Shown here piece by piece: positions 29,343 to 43,231 of a stretch of 64,000 nucleotides of DNA. Numbering within the stretch: position 1 is the first letter of the stretch; the number at the start of each line of letters is the position of its first letter. The position numbers and the translations under genes are program-made. Origin of the DNA: Eledone cirrhosa (Eukaryota); contig OZ024745.1 in NCBI GenBank assembly GCA_964016885.1, forward strand, positions 35,960,001 through 36,024,000. The letters are read 5' to 3'. A model generated the notes under the pieces. That model worked only from the letters and a program-made list of their open reading frames with translations. It made no database searches and was not told where the DNA came from.

Positions 29343-29462
29343 TGCTTACAAATGTTTCAACAGTAGTTATACAGCCTAGTCATGCTATGTGCAAATTGGT
29401 AGTTATTTATTTGCAGATACTCAATTTTCAATTGCTGCTACATCTACCGTATCCTCAGAGCA
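29343..29462 (-). ncRNA. Hammerhead ribozyme motif with long stem II
   Basis: Minus strand: TGCT-CTGAGGA-[~93 nt closed by ACGGTAG/CTACTGT]-GAAA-CATTTG-TA-AGCA (GUA triplet). Confidence 0.7.
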
Positions 29463-30113
29463 GAATGGTTAGAATGGAAATACCCTTGTAAATTATCCAG
29501 CGCTAGTGCATATCGGAGTGGATTGAAGTACTGCAGATTATGCAACCTTGAATTCTTTTATATCTTAAAATCCCAAAATAACATACTAAATGACAGAATC
29601 GAACGATCGTTATACTGCAACCACAAACTGAAGGCCAAATTTTCTCACTTTAAAATAACTTAACATTCGAACCTGACACTGCAACATCACTTTCTCGCTA
29701 ACTAATTTCACTCAATAACTGCTTCCTAACTATATCCCCCACCCACGCATTGCAAGCCCTCTTTATCATTATAAATGGATACTTGAGTGCGATTTGCAGA
29801 CTACAATTATGAACTCGATGTATACCGCCTTTCCTCCCCCTTTTCGTAGCTTTTCTTTGTCCTCTCTCTCTCTCTCTTTCTTTCTCTCTCTCCCTTCTTC
29901 TCTCTCTCTCTCTCGCCCTCGATCTACCTCCCTCCCTCTCCACATCTATTAACCTGCTCTCTGTGGCAATAAATAATTCCAAACTTGACAATATCAACAC
30001 AATGCCTAAGTTGTCAATTTGAGAGTAAGCAGTATAATAAAACCACTTGTTGAACCCCTATCACAACATTTAGATTAAGCTATCTGTATTCACTTCCACT
30101 TCTCCGACCCCTA

Positions 30114-30173
<60 letters not shown>

Positions 30174-30271
30174 TCTCTCTCTCTCTCCTTCTTTCTCTCT
30201 TCCTTTTTCTACTCTATCTTCCCCAATACATTCCTTTAAGAAAAACAAGGGTATTTACATTTTAACCATTC

Positions 30272-30391
30272 TGCTCTGAGGATACGGTAGATGTAGCAGC
30301 TTTTGAAAATTGAGTATCTGCAAATAAATAACTACCAATTTGCACATAGCATCACTAGGCTGTATAACTACTGTTGAAACATTTGTTAGCA
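30272..30391 (+). ncRNA. Hammerhead ribozyme motif with long stem II
   Basis: TGCT-CTGAGGA-...-GAAA-CATTTG-TT-AGCA (GUU triplet); inverted twin of 29343-29462. Confidence 0.65.
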
Positions 30392-30549
30392 CTCCGAATA
30401 AATTACCTTTTTATGATGTCTACCTGTTTCATTATTCATTCTTTGTCTACACTCCAGAGGGATCAGAAACTGAGTTTCTTTAAGTATTCTTCCATAACTC
30501 GTTGAGTAACCCCTCACCGTACGTCGCATTTCTTGCATAACCTAATATA

Positions 30550-30682
<133 letters not shown>

Positions 30683-32699
30683 CAGCCAATTTCCGAAGGA
30701 AAACGTTTTCAACAAAAGAAAATTTCATATATATATAAATATAGTCGAACTTATGTAATGATGCACAAGAATACACCTTTGACATAAGTGTTGAATTGCA
30801 TCACCACATTGTCTTACAATTAACACGTGTTCATGAACTTTTACATAAAATCTCTCTCTGGATATTGAATTAAATTAGTTTTCTCATTTAACTGATTATA
30901 TTTATGTGTTTGTGTTTCTTAATTGTCAACTAGAATTTCAAGGAATTCTCAATATGAGTGAATAAAATAACAGAACTTAGCTTATTAATTCCCTAAGTCG
31001 ATAAGATATTGTTTTCTTTTTTCGGAAACTCTTATCATCTAAAAGGAATAATGGGAGAAAAACCTTTAAAACTTAAGTTCTTTCCGATATTAATTAGAGT
31101 TTTAAACCTAATGGTGATAAATAAGATCTTTAAGCGGCAATAATTATTACACTAAATTGACAAAGGGAGGAATTACTATTCCACAGGCGGAGAAACAGAA
31201 ACAGAGAGAGAGAGAAAGTGAGGAGGTAGAGAGGTGAGAGAGAGAAAGAAAACGCATAATGTTTGAAATGAGGTGAGAAACACAATTAAAAATACCTAGG
31301 CAACTGCTTACTCAACAGTGAAGTTGAAATGTTCCTAATGATCCAGCCTTGATGGAATTACATTTCAATTCGTGGCTACCTGAAAAATATAGTGACAGCT
31401 GTATACTTATCTTTGTTGAAAGATAAGTCACATGCCATTTAAGAAAAGCTAAACCTTTATGTTTGTGCATGGTGTCTTCATTAGCATTTTAAGCAAGGTA
31501 AAATCATATGGTTTGTTCCAAGGATTAAGAAATATAAACCAAAAATAAAATCCCATTCGAAATTAGATTAGGTAATTTCCTATACGCCACTCCTAAAAAC
31601 AATACAATTATGTCATACAAAGCAGCATTCATAGATCAAGAACGTTAATGCAACTGCGCTTCATGAAGATGTAGACACACAAACGCACTCTTCATTTAAA
31701 GGAATATAGGATTGTCAAATTACCTTTTAGTTGAATAATGAATGCTTAACTGGATATATCTGGACCGATGATCTATGGCAACCCAAACGATATTAAGTGA
31801 TAATTTTCGATCGCTTTCATTTTAGAAAACAGTGTGAAGGGTTGGGTAGGAACAGTACACAATATTGTTGTTAAATATTTTAGTAACTTTTATACCGCAT
31901 ATGTAGTTAATATAAATGTTTTGGTCAATTATAAATTCCTATGAGCACCACATCGCACTCTATATACATCCTAATGGATACTTAGTTAAAAATCGATAAG
32001 TCAAATATCAATAAACAGAACGTGATCGAAAGAGGTGTTACTCAGCTTGAGCCTACAGACAATTCATCTTCAAAAGAATCACCAAAGTTATAAGCTGTTT
32101 GGAGTAAAATTAACAAGCAAATATATGATGAAAGTTTTTCTGCTTTAGGTTCCACTTGTACCATCGATAAGATTGTACAAAGTGGACTTATGTCTTAAAT
32201 TTAGAAAAGTTCTAATGCAATGGCATCTGAAATTCAAACTTTACTGTTTTAGCATTTTCTCTGTGTTTGATAAATTCGTTTATGAAAAGAAAGATGGAAA
32301 TATCTGGAAATGTTGTTAAGGTATTTGCACTGATAACTGAGCTATAGCTACGGGAAAACTTCGTGTTTCTATTGGAAAAGGCGAAGGAAATGGCCACCCA
32401 CCATTTGAACATATCCACTGCCCTTTTCATCGTGAGGCATTACCAGGAAACATAGGATTATGTAACTAACAGTGATGGATAAATTATTTGACCAACTAAG
32501 TAGATGTTTATGGTCAAAGAAATCTTACCAATCTCAAGATGCAAAACATTTCAATTTACGCGGTTGTTTAATTCACTATGTTAAAACATGTTTTGAGCCT
32601 GAAATTTAAAACAACCTTTGTAGACTCATTAATGATATACAATGATTCATGCACATGAAAGAAACCGCAAATAGACATTCCTATGACCGTTACATTAAA

Positions 32700-32885
32700 C
32701 TCCAAACATGCTGCTAGGGGTCTATTTCTGGGACTCCTTCCGGCTAGTTTTCTCCGCAAGATCGGTCCAGTAATTTTTTCCTGATACCTTCTAACCGCAT
32801 GTCTGTAATATCGGAGTTGTGATATCTCTATTCGGGGTAGTAGCGATTCTATGTGGAGCGACTTTCTGACTTTCGAGCTACGCAT
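32700..32885 (-). mobile_element. RTE-type LINE ORF C-terminal fragment
   Basis: RSSKVRKSLHIESLLPRIEISQLRYYRHAVR...GRSPRNRP resembles the RTE C-terminal IR..L....I...QLRW.GHV.R...G.RP.GRP motif. Confidence 0.7.
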
Positions 32886-32886
32886 T

Positions 32887-32931
<45 letters not shown>

Positions 32932-33661
32932 TCTCAGGCTCGTATAATAAATAACAATAACCAAATGTATAATTAATGTATAATTATGTATAAATAATAT
33001 TCAATTATGTGGCCAAATATATTTTCCAATTCAGAGCTGATAAAATTCCATTCGGAGAAACGTTTTACGGGGTACATTTCCTATCTACGAGGTTCGGTTA
33101 ATCAGTCTACTATATACTATATATACAATGAGCGTACGCCTCGTGTTCCTTATTTCTTTCCCCTGCTTAGTCACTACACGTATATGCATATAGTGTCGAT
33201 GAAAAGCGCAAAGAAAGAAAATTCACAGTCGTTTATCTATCGATCGCCTGTAAACGTCTGCAATTGAGACTCAAAAGAGAATGCATCAGAAAGAAGGCGG
33301 AAATATTCACAGCCAATTGTTAAACAGGATTTTCAATCTTAATGTTAAACACAAGTTGTTTACTGTTTATATTTAATCGATATATTGATCAATATCTTTT
33401 CTCGTCTCATCCTTCTAATTTTGGAATAGAAACCAAAGACATGTGATTAATATTGTGTTTTTCGCCACTATCGATATTTTCAGGCCACACATTCTTAGCT
33501 ACAGTCTGAGTGGTTGCACCCAGGGCTCGAAAAGCTTATAAATAGCTCTTTACTTGTCAAGGTTTTATGACATCAAATTAATAAGCCCCCTCCCCCACAC
33601 ACACACACGAACGCATACACACACACGAACGCATATACGCTCTCTCTCGCGCACACACAGG

Positions 33662-33700
<39 letters not shown>

Positions 33701-33750
33701 AAACACACACAAACACACACTCATATATATACATATGTATATATATATAT

Positions 33751-34428
33751 GTAAGTATGTATGTATACGTACATACATATATGTATACAGACGTACATTA
33801 GTATGTATATATATACATACAAGCACACATATATATATATGCACGTATCGGTTTACCGAACATTTATTATAATGTTCAGTTTGTTTGTAAACAAACAAAC
33901 AGCCGAAATTACGCCGTACAGTGTTTAGGCAACCACGTCACCTTTTTTTCAACACTGACACAGGAACGATGTACTAGTTTCAAGCTTATTAGCTATTGTC
34001 AGCATAGTATACCTTCCTGCCAGATGGTTGAACGTCTGAAAGTATATACTTTCCTTATGCATATTAACGGCTGAGCAGCCTAATTTGCATATCGAGTGAG
34101 TTTAGTCGGCCGGGCGCACCGAAAACGATAAATGGAATAGGATGAAACGAAATTTCATTTCTCACTCTTAGTACGGCACTTACTTAAATGTAAGTATGTA
34201 TGTATGTATACGTACATACATATATGTATACAGACATAGAGTAGTATGTATATATATACATACATGCACACATATATATATGCACGTATCGGTTTACCGA
34301 ACATTTATTATAATCTTCAGTTTGTTTGTAAACAAACAAACAACCCGAATTACGCCGTACAGTGTTTAGGCAACCACGTCACCTTTTTGTTCAACACTGA
34401 CACAGGAACGATGTACTAGTTTCAAGCT

Positions 34429-34430
<2 letters not shown>
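33751..34430. repeat. Partial tandem duplication (period ~440 bp) between (TA)n tracts
   Basis: 33751-33988 is repeated at 34190-34430; both copies end in TTTCAAGCTTA. Confidence 0.9.
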
Positions 34431-34509
<79 letters not shown>

Positions 34510-34514
<5 letters not shown>

Positions 34515-34837
34515 TAACAGATTAAAGTTTAAGCAAAGAATCGCTGCTTTCACACTTAACGGGATCTTCTGAAACTAACAAAGTCAATCTGTAAACGCAG
34601 AACTGGATATTTCAAAAAACGTTGCAACCGAAGGAAGACAGGAAGACGATACTTTGGTTCGTAGTAACGTTCGCTGGCAAAGAACGGGAAAAAACGAATA
34701 ATACGTCATTAATAGGAGCGGTGAAAACAATTACGCGCAAAGACAGAACCACGTTTATGGTATAAAAGAGGTCGTAGACTAATGTTCTCTTAGGTGGTGC
34801 ATAGAGACGTTCTCTGGCAATGAACGAAAAAACGAAG
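34510..34837 (-). mobile_element. (TA)n-flanked fragment homologous to the PLE 3' region at 45870-46100
   Basis: The reverse complement of 34608-34835 matches 45870-46100. Confidence 0.75.
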
Positions 34838-35094
34838 TATATATATATATATATATAAATCAAAAGGGCGAAGGCTTCACAAACATCATCTATGCCCGTT
34901 CCTTTGCTGTTTTAGTTTGGTTTGGACTGCCTTGAGAACGTAACCTTATTATGTAATAGAGCTTTCTGATGAGATCATGACACTGGTTGCGTGGAATCAC
35001 ATGACCACTATCATCATTGAAGGACTTTAACATCTGCAACTACTTCGCATTTTCTTATTCTCTCTCACGCTCTCTCTTTCTCTATCTATCTATT

Positions 35095-35281
<187 letters not shown>

Positions 35282-35612
35282 TGTCTGATTTAACATGTGT
35301 GTGCGTTTATTGAATAACCATAAATTATGCCTGACAAATATGAAATGAAAAGAAATAACAACCAATACATACGTTATACGGTGTAAATACTTTTCTATAA
35401 GGAAAAATCCCAGAGTGAAGTATGCTCGTTGACAATTTTGTTTGTCTACATTTGACAACAACCACCACCGGTGAAATGTTGAAGTCACATTCACACTGTG
35501 GTTCCTTTAAAGCATATATATATATATATATATATACGATTTTGCGTTTCGTATCGCTTTTTCTACCGGCCGAAATACGATTCACGCTTAATTTATATTT
35601 ATATATATATAC

Positions 35613-35701
<89 letters not shown>

Positions 35702-37271
35702 TTGGTATTTGTAAGAGAAAATAATTTTCTGAAAATTGTGGAGAGTAAAGTTTAAATTAACTTCAATCTCTTCGATTAAGTTTCGATTATTTGAATCAAT
35801 AATCAATTCACATACTATATATTCATGTCCAATATCTTATCAAATAATTGGCTTAACTACCAGATTATATTGATGTCTTAGTTTGAAGTAACTGCGTATT
35901 CTATGGATTATTGGACATCAGATTCGATATATTTGCGTATTCATATTTCTAAAACATTTTATTTTGACGCTAGTCACACGATATTGGTAGCATATCCTTG
36001 AAACTCTTTACCACTCATACATAGAGTCATATTTCTGGAATAAAGCATTAAAGTTGAAACACTTAATTCACTTTAGTCGTGAGTTGTCGTAGCCGCCTGG
36101 ATACATAGGATCTCCTCTCACTTTTGATTCCTGAAACTAGCACACGCAGATAAAATATAACTACGGCGATTCACAGAGCCACCCACAGTTAGCTCACTAT
36201 GTCCCGTCACTACAAGGATATCTATGGAATCCTCAACCCAGGGACAACAACCGCCAATGGATGTTGGTAAACTGCCCCATTTGTGACACAGATAATGCCA
36301 GCGAGCATACGTGATATACAACATTAAATGTGAAAAATGCTGGGGTTTTACAACGTTAGCCTCGTTAGACCTCTTCATAAATCCAAATATTTTACCGCTA
36401 TGAAATGAAATCGTTGATTGACAACCACAGAAATGTGGAAACATCGTAGGAGTGTTACATAGGGAACTTGCTGATGAATCAGTCAGCATGATTAGCGCTG
36501 ATTAGCATGATTAGCGCTGACTTGGATTAATATGATTGACTTTACGGAAAAAATAATTTTAAATAGCCAAATAATACAGCCCGGGCTACAAATGTTGAGT
36601 GGCATAAAAGATAAGACAATTACTACCAGCATATGAGAAGTACATATTCAATTACATAGAGGTAATCTGCGTTTTACAAAGTTTGTTTACAATTAGAAAT
36701 TAAACGGATTGAAATTTATTGTAGAGTTAAATATAAACATATTTTACTAGTTCTAAATATGCCGTAGATATTTCGAGATATTATACATCTATAAATAGAA
36801 ACTCACCTCAACATCTAGACATCTAATGTTTAAAATATTTAGACGCCCACGCCATTCGTATTACATAACGTTCCCCATTATAACTAAAGGCGATTTGAAG
36901 TCTGGATGTTTTTGACAACTATGAAGAAGTGATAAGTAACATAATAGTATACTACAGATAGTGTATGAAATCTAAGAAATGTTATAAATCTTTTTTTATT
37001 TTTTTCCTGTGAATGGAAAATAATTCCCAGATTAAAAACATAGTGTTATAAGCATTCCTATGGCTAGAATTAGACTTCTTTCAGAAAGTAGCTATAACAA
37101 AATCTGTAAATATGTTAGCGTATCATCATATACCATTTGTAAACATTGAGAAATGTTAATATTGAACATATTTATGCATGTTTTCCAAGATATTCTTACT
37201 TAAAATAAAAAGATAAAACTATTAATGTATTTCTCAAACATGATGAATAATGATAATAATTTTATGTATAA

Positions 37272-37316
<45 letters not shown>

Positions 37317-37529
37317 TTTGTGTTCGGATAAATGGTGCTAGTGCATGTAGTTGTCAGACTCCACCAAGTGTGCATATTGACACACATCTTTATGAATTGC
37401 CATAAACTACTATATTGGAGTTGGCATCATTTCAGGTGTGTGTAAGATCAGTCGAAATATACCTGCAAACGAAATGATACTACTTATCTTATTAAAATAT
37501 TATCTCCGAAATACACTGGATAGATTTCC

Positions 37530-37745
37530 TGCTGAGTGTTGCACAAGGGTTTCCTCCGAAGGTTTTTCGGAGTAACGTTATTCGATATGATACGTGGCTC
37601 GGAGATCAGAGAGTTACTCCACGTAAAGCCGCTACTTCTACAAACCGAGAGATCCGAGCTCTGGTAATATGGAGATGTGGTTAGAACGCCCAAGTAAAGA
37701 AATTCTAGACAGGTTTTGCGGGCAACGTCAACCAGAAGAAAATCT
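37530..37745 (+). mobile_element. RTE-type LINE ORF C-terminal fragment
   Basis: FLRRFFGVTLFDMIRGSEIRELLHVKPLLLQTERSELW*YGDVVRTPK*RNSRQVL. Confidence 0.75.
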
Positions 37746-37907
37746 TTGTATGACACCCATATGTTCAGTTGATCTCGATTAGGCTCGTTTGGATAACCAT
37801 CCGTAAATGTTTGTAATGTGTACTTCTGCTAGGAGCCTGCCAAAAGCGTCTCTGAGATTCTGCCTTCACGCAAATCCCATGAATAAGTGGACAAAGAAGA
37901 GGAAAAT

Positions 37908-37919
37908 GATGTTGTTGTT

Positions 37920-37962
<43 letters not shown>

Positions 37963-38112
37963 AAGAAGAAGAAGAAGAAGAAGAAGAAGAAGAAGAAGAA
38001 GAAGAAGAAGAAGAAGAAGAAGAAGAAGAAGAAGAAGAAGAAGAAGAAGAAGAAGAAGAAGAAGAAGAAGAAGAAGATGATGGTGGTGATGATAATGATG
38101 ATGATGAAGATA
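37908..38112. repeat. (GTA)n/(GAA)n/(GAT)n trinucleotide array
   Basis: Seen directly. Confidence 0.95.
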
Positions 38113-39239
38113 ATGTGATTTTTTAGATAATTATATATGATTTTAATAATTCTACTTTTATAGATAACATTGACGATATTTACGATTTGTCACAAAACTG
38201 AATTCGTGACAATAACGTAGATTACAAAGATAGAAAGTTTCTTCTTGGGGATCATAATTATTGTTAGTTATATATACGAACACTTAGTCGTGGTACATAT
38301 GCTATCGATCCGGAATAATGTAACGGGATGACACTAGATTTCGTTATTTAGATATATAAGATTCTGGAAAGACATTAGCAATATAATGTTGAATATTATC
38401 ACACATAACGTTACAGGAATTCTATAATAATAGAATCGATAATGTTACAACCAAATGCTGCCACCATTTATCTTACTGATAGATTAGAATTAAAATCACC
38501 AAAGCTTTTGTGGAAATGATACATAAAGGAAACAACTTCAAAAGGCGTTAGTGAGTTTTAAAAAAGACAGGGATTTGTAAAAAAACGTATTAGCCTTTGA
38601 AGTGCATTCATCGGTTGACAAACCCACGAACAACAGATCAACTGATACATAGCTTACACAAACAATAAGAAGTTAATGCACTGGATATGAAAATACATAG
38701 ATAATTATATGTTCCTATAAAACAAAAATGTTTATACTAAAAGATGAAAGGGGACTAAAATAATGGAAATCTTATACCCCTATTGAAGAATGTTAGTATT
38801 ATTTAGAACAAGATCTGGGATTATGAAAGTAATCAAAATGCGAGTGGTTGTCGTTTAGTGTAAAATTAGCCCTAAATGAGTATACATATAATCAATTTAA
38901 TTTGAGGCAAATCCATACGTTCTATTTACATATATACATCGTTCAATGACTACGTACTTTTTCCGACGATACACTGATGTGATGGGGGCTTAGATCGGAA
39001 GCCTAGTGGCCATGTTAGCTCTTACAGTCGTCTACATGATATAACAATCTAGTACACAGTATTATAACAAAATATAAAAATATTGTACAGTGAAAAACGA
39101 CAATTTTAGGGACGCGAATCATTTCAACTAAAATTTAACACAATATAGCTTATACCATCTGGATAGCAAATTTCCGGTTCTAATTTATTTTAGAACATAC
39201 ATTCTTTATACCAAAAATGCACAGCCCACCAAATATTAA

Positions 39240-39455
39240 CACTGCAGCTGGACTTCGAGAAACAGTAGGAGCATTGCCAAGCATGTATACATGTTTTGTA
39301 GACCCCGAAAAGGGTGTTATGATTGCGTTCCTCGAGATTTACTGTGGAAGGTTCTGCAGGAGTATGAGATCAATGATCAGCTTCCCGTAGAGCTGATGAC
39401 TCTATACGAATGTCTGAGTATTTGTGCTCGCAGAAATGGTGCTAAATCGAAATCG
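39240..39455 (+). mobile_element. RTE-type LINE RT fragment
   Basis: YDCVPRDLLWKVLQEYEINDQL...LYE....RRNGAKS. Confidence 0.75.
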
Positions 39456-39501
39456 CTCAATAACCCGCCCGTCCCCTCCATATATCTTATTTCTCATGTT
39501 T

Positions 39502-39537
39502 TCTTCTGGTGAAGGACTGGCGTCCGAAACGTTAAGA
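39502..39537 (+). ncRNA. Minimal hammerhead motif with a core variant (CUGGUGA)
   Basis: TCTT-CTGGTGA-a-GGAC tggc GTCC-GAAA-CGT-TA-AGA, with palindromic AACGTT. The A6G change would probably inactivate it. Confidence 0.6.
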
Positions 39538-39701
39538 CCATCAAGCGTTAACCTAATATATCCCTTCCATATACTATACTGATTGTGTTGTTATTTCTGT
39601 TTATCTTTTACACACACACACACACACACACATACACCCCCCCCCCCCCACACACACATATATATATATATATGTGTATATATATATGTATATATATATA
39701 T

Positions 39702-39993
39702 GTAACGTGTAAACAAAGTTTCATACACTTAATATGAATGTGTTACCAATGGTTTCGGTTTCCATCTCCGGCCACCACAGTATAGTGGAGGAGGCACTGG
39801 CTATTTATTCATGCAGGTTTCCCTGAATAAAAGTGCCACCTCCATTGTTGAGTGTTGGACAGAACTCGACCCCGAATCCATTGGTAGCCCATGCATCTTA
39901 AGTGTATGAAACTTTGTTTACACTAAATAAGCTCTCTTCTAGCAGATTGAGCACTGCTTTCCTTGAACTCTCGTCTACGTATATCTATCAACA
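39702..39993. repeat. (TA)n-flanked imperfect fold-back (39707-39923) plus extension
   Basis: GTGTAAACAAAGTTTCATACACTTAA pairs with TTAAGTGTATGAAACTTTGTTTACAC; the inner pair is TGGAGGAGGCACT/AGTGCCACCTCCA. Confidence 0.85.
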
Positions 39994-40059
39994 TATATAT
40001 ATAATATATATATGTTGATAGATATACGTAGACGAGAGATCAAGGAAAGAAGTGCTCAA
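39947..40059. repeat. Palindrome centred on (TA)n
   Basis: TTGAGCAC...CTATCAACA-(TA)n-TGTTGATAG...GTGCTCAA. Confidence 0.92.
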
Positions 40060-40255
40060 GGGTGATACCCAGAAAAATTAGTGTGTACAGTTCTGTTTTC
40101 ATGTCAACACAAGAGCAAGAATGAAGGGTTCATTCTACTGACAATGACAAACTACAGAAAACAGCGAGTGTGTTTGTGTGAATGTATGTGTATCTGTGTG
40201 AATGAATGTGTGTGAGTGTGTATTACAATAAGTGTGTTTTCGCGTTTATAATAAC

Positions 40256-40426
40256 TGCCTCTATGTTTGGTACAAGGCCAGCAAATACCCCAGTGCATTA
40301 CTGGTAATTTATTTTATCCAGCCCGTAAGGATGAAAGGCAAAGTTCAACTCGGAACGTAAAGGGCCATAATATTATGCTGCGAAACATGGTGTCTGACAC
40401 TGTACGTATACTGCTAATCCACCGCC
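40256..40426 (-). mobile_element. Meta-domain SINE copy with internal deletion
   Basis: Matches the SINE consensus but lacks part of the B-box region. Confidence 0.8.
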
Positions 40427-42912
40427 TTTATAATGATATACTCATTGCGTGTTCACAATAACTTTCTCCTACAGCGTCACCGTGTTGAAACAAATCTTAT
40501 ATATATATATATTACCAGTTGGTGTAGTTTATCTAGATAAGTTCTGTAATAGATGGAATTGAGTAGATAGTCATTTAAGAAACAATATATATTAAACAAA
40601 ATTTTAATTTAATAATAGAGCTCCCCAACGCTTCAAGTCCTGCTAGAAGATGAAATATTTGCCAATGACAATCAACACTGTTCTAGAAATTGTCTATGTT
40701 TATGTAATGAACACGTAATGTTATTACTGTCTAACCGTCAATCTAATTACATGCGTATATATATGTATGTAAAAAAGACAGGCAAAATACAAAATTAGTG
40801 GATAAATAAATAAGTATATACGGATTTAAATAAGGAGATACAAGTGAAGAAATTGTGAAAGACTTGGAGAATTAGTGAAAGACCGAGACAGACATTACGT
40901 CATAATGGGAGAACCAGAGAGAAATAGAGATAAAGTAGAAAGAGTGACGGGGTTGCGATAGATGGAAAGGGTTTCTTAATAAAAATGTAAATTCAGAATT
41001 GTTGAATAATTTTCCCACTTTACTCATGATGAACATCAAATGATACTTGAGATAAATGACCAGAGAGAAGGCGTCTATGCTGATTTGCTTCCGTTTATTA
41101 TGTAAACGAATTAAACAAATTAATGAACAAAGAGATCAAGGATGTTCAGTAAATATAACATAACTATTTTTGCTCTCGATTGTAATCAATTACAAAAACA
41201 ACAAAATCAAATTATCATCTATGTTATTACTTTGGTTATTGTTTTAGATGTCGTTGTTGTTGCTATTGCTCTTTGTACGATATTACTTCAGTTGCCGTTG
41301 TTGTTGCTGCTATTATGCGGTGAGTTGAAACTGATGTAATTAGTCTTCCTATCGAAACCCATTGTCTAGGTTGAGAAAATGCCTCTCCTACAGTATGCCT
41401 GTTTATATTTACATCGTTCATTAACGATGTTTTCTGATATTTGGTAATGTTTTGTGGAATCGTGTTGGCCGGTTTTATTTTTCTTTAACTGTTTACGGGC
41501 TACACCTGTATTCAGTTTTCTGAATACAGAAACTACCAAAAACATTCTTCCATACAGATATGTCTCAACAGAGACTAAACGATCTGAAGTAGCTCTGCAT
41601 GTAGTATAAACAACAATAGAAATGACTATACTGGACATCTAGCACACTGCAAAAGCCAGGCAGCTTGGAAGCATGTTAGTGCTCTTTAAACGTGAAGCCA
41701 TGGCCGGAGAGGTAATCCATGCCGATCAACGCCGAACGGTGGGACGTAGTACATTGCGTGGGATCTGGTTTGGGCCAGAACAGTGAGACGTTCAGAAATG
41801 GGATGAGCTAATGAGCTGGGTAGTCACTCTCACCCCGCAATGTACCGGGAGTACGCTATCGAAAGCATCCTCATATTCTTCAGTTGGGTATTGTAGTCTG
41901 CATCCTTATAGGGGTTTTATATATACAAAATCTATACTCCGATGTTTCATATGATGTCAATAAAAGTCAACATAATTTTGATGGTTGTAAACACTCTCAG
42001 GAAATAGAGAATTTTCTAATGTCTACATTTGATTGAATTAATCATTGATTTATCGCCCACTTATATTGAATCCTGGTAACATCATGATTTTAGCATAGTG
42101 CAATACTTGTGTATGATACTCTTATAAGGTACGAGCATTATTTTGTAAATATATGAAGCCGGAATAAATTAGTAGATAGTCTACTCAATACTGCGATATT
42201 TAAGAGAAATAATAAAACAGACGTGATTTTTTAAAATTGGGATTGTTATATCTAATGAATATATATGCCGAAATCTATCAATGATACATCGAAGAAATAC
42301 ATTGTTTACTCGAGATGGGAAAACATTGATTCGATTTATTTTAAGTTTGAGAAGGTTTAGAATACAATTTCTATCCGATAGGATATTGCATTCCATTTAA
42401 ACATATAGAATGGATGTATCAATTGGTAACTGTTCGAGTGGAAGGGCTGTGTATGAAATTTGATTTATCACAGTTGCTCAAACAATTTTTTTACGGAGAA
42501 GATACTTGAAGCTAATTTTGGTGTGTTAAAGATAGACGCGAATATTAAATTAGCAACGAATTCGAAATAATGCTGTAATTGTAATTGAAAAAGCTAATAT
42601 AATTCAGCATAATAGTGTGTATGAAATGTAATTGTTCTAATGTCAGTTCGCCATTCTAGGTGCAGGAATTGAGTTATTTCGTCCAATCTTTAATGAAAAA
42701 CCACATGTGGTAGTAGAATGTGGAATAAACAAAACTCTTTCCCAGATAACTGTCATAATCAAATAAATTGATGTTCTATTTTGGAGACATTTCTTTCTAG
42801 TTGTATTCCTCTGAATTTCTTCATACATAAATACGCAGGCTTACATTCATACGAAAGTCCATATATAGATACTTACATACAGAGAGATATACATACGCTC
42901 TTATACATATGT

Positions 42913-43008
42913 ACGAACAGGCTTGTCCGCACAGACGTATACAGCCGCGTATATATATATATATATATATACGCGGCTGTATATGTTTGTGCGCACAAGC
43001 CTGTTCGT
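42913..43008. repeat. Palindrome centred on (TA)n
   Basis: ACGAACAGGCTTGT..CAGCCGCG-(TA)n-CGCGGCTG..ACAAGCCTGTTCGT. Confidence 0.92.
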
Positions 43009-43020
43009 TCATGTTCGTTC

Positions 43021-43057
<37 letters not shown>

Positions 43058-43104
43058 TTATATATATATATATATATACATATATGTATGCATATACATT
43101 TATA

Positions 43105-43144
<40 letters not shown>

Positions 43145-43182
43145 GAGATTACAGTAATCAAAGTTCAGTTTAAGTCATTTAT

Positions 43183-43231
43183 TTGCTTACAATTGTTTCC
43201 TCCAAACCGAAGTTTGGATTCTTCTGAGCAA
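43183..43231 (-). ncRNA. Hammerhead motif, U4A variant
   Basis: Minus strand: TTGCT-CAGAAGA-a-TCCAAAC ttcg GTTTGGA-g-GAAA-CAATTG-TA-AGCAA. Confidence 0.65.

Larger units (their letters stand above)
29290..30544 (+). mobile_element. Naiad-type PLE 3' fragment with inverted arm, in (TA)n
   Basis: Arms 29290-29488 and 30246-30444, with a right extension to 30544. 29490-29663 encodes KLSSASAYRSGLKYCRLCNLEFFYILKSQNNILNDRIERSLYCNHK*, a C-terminal CxxC..E..LN..CxH pattern missed by the ORF track. Confidence 0.88.

Noticed and set aside
34538-34578. Hammerhead-like CAGAAGA...GAAA on the minus strand
   Set aside because: The core is mutated, stem II is weak and no stem I pairing was found.
36118-36489. 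123-aa minus-strand ORF
   Set aside because: No recognisable motifs or convincing splice signals. It cannot be supported without a homology search.
41640-41900. GC-richer unique stretch, possible exon or promoter
   Set aside because: No ORF or motif I can identify. It may be an old TE fragment and is left unannotated.
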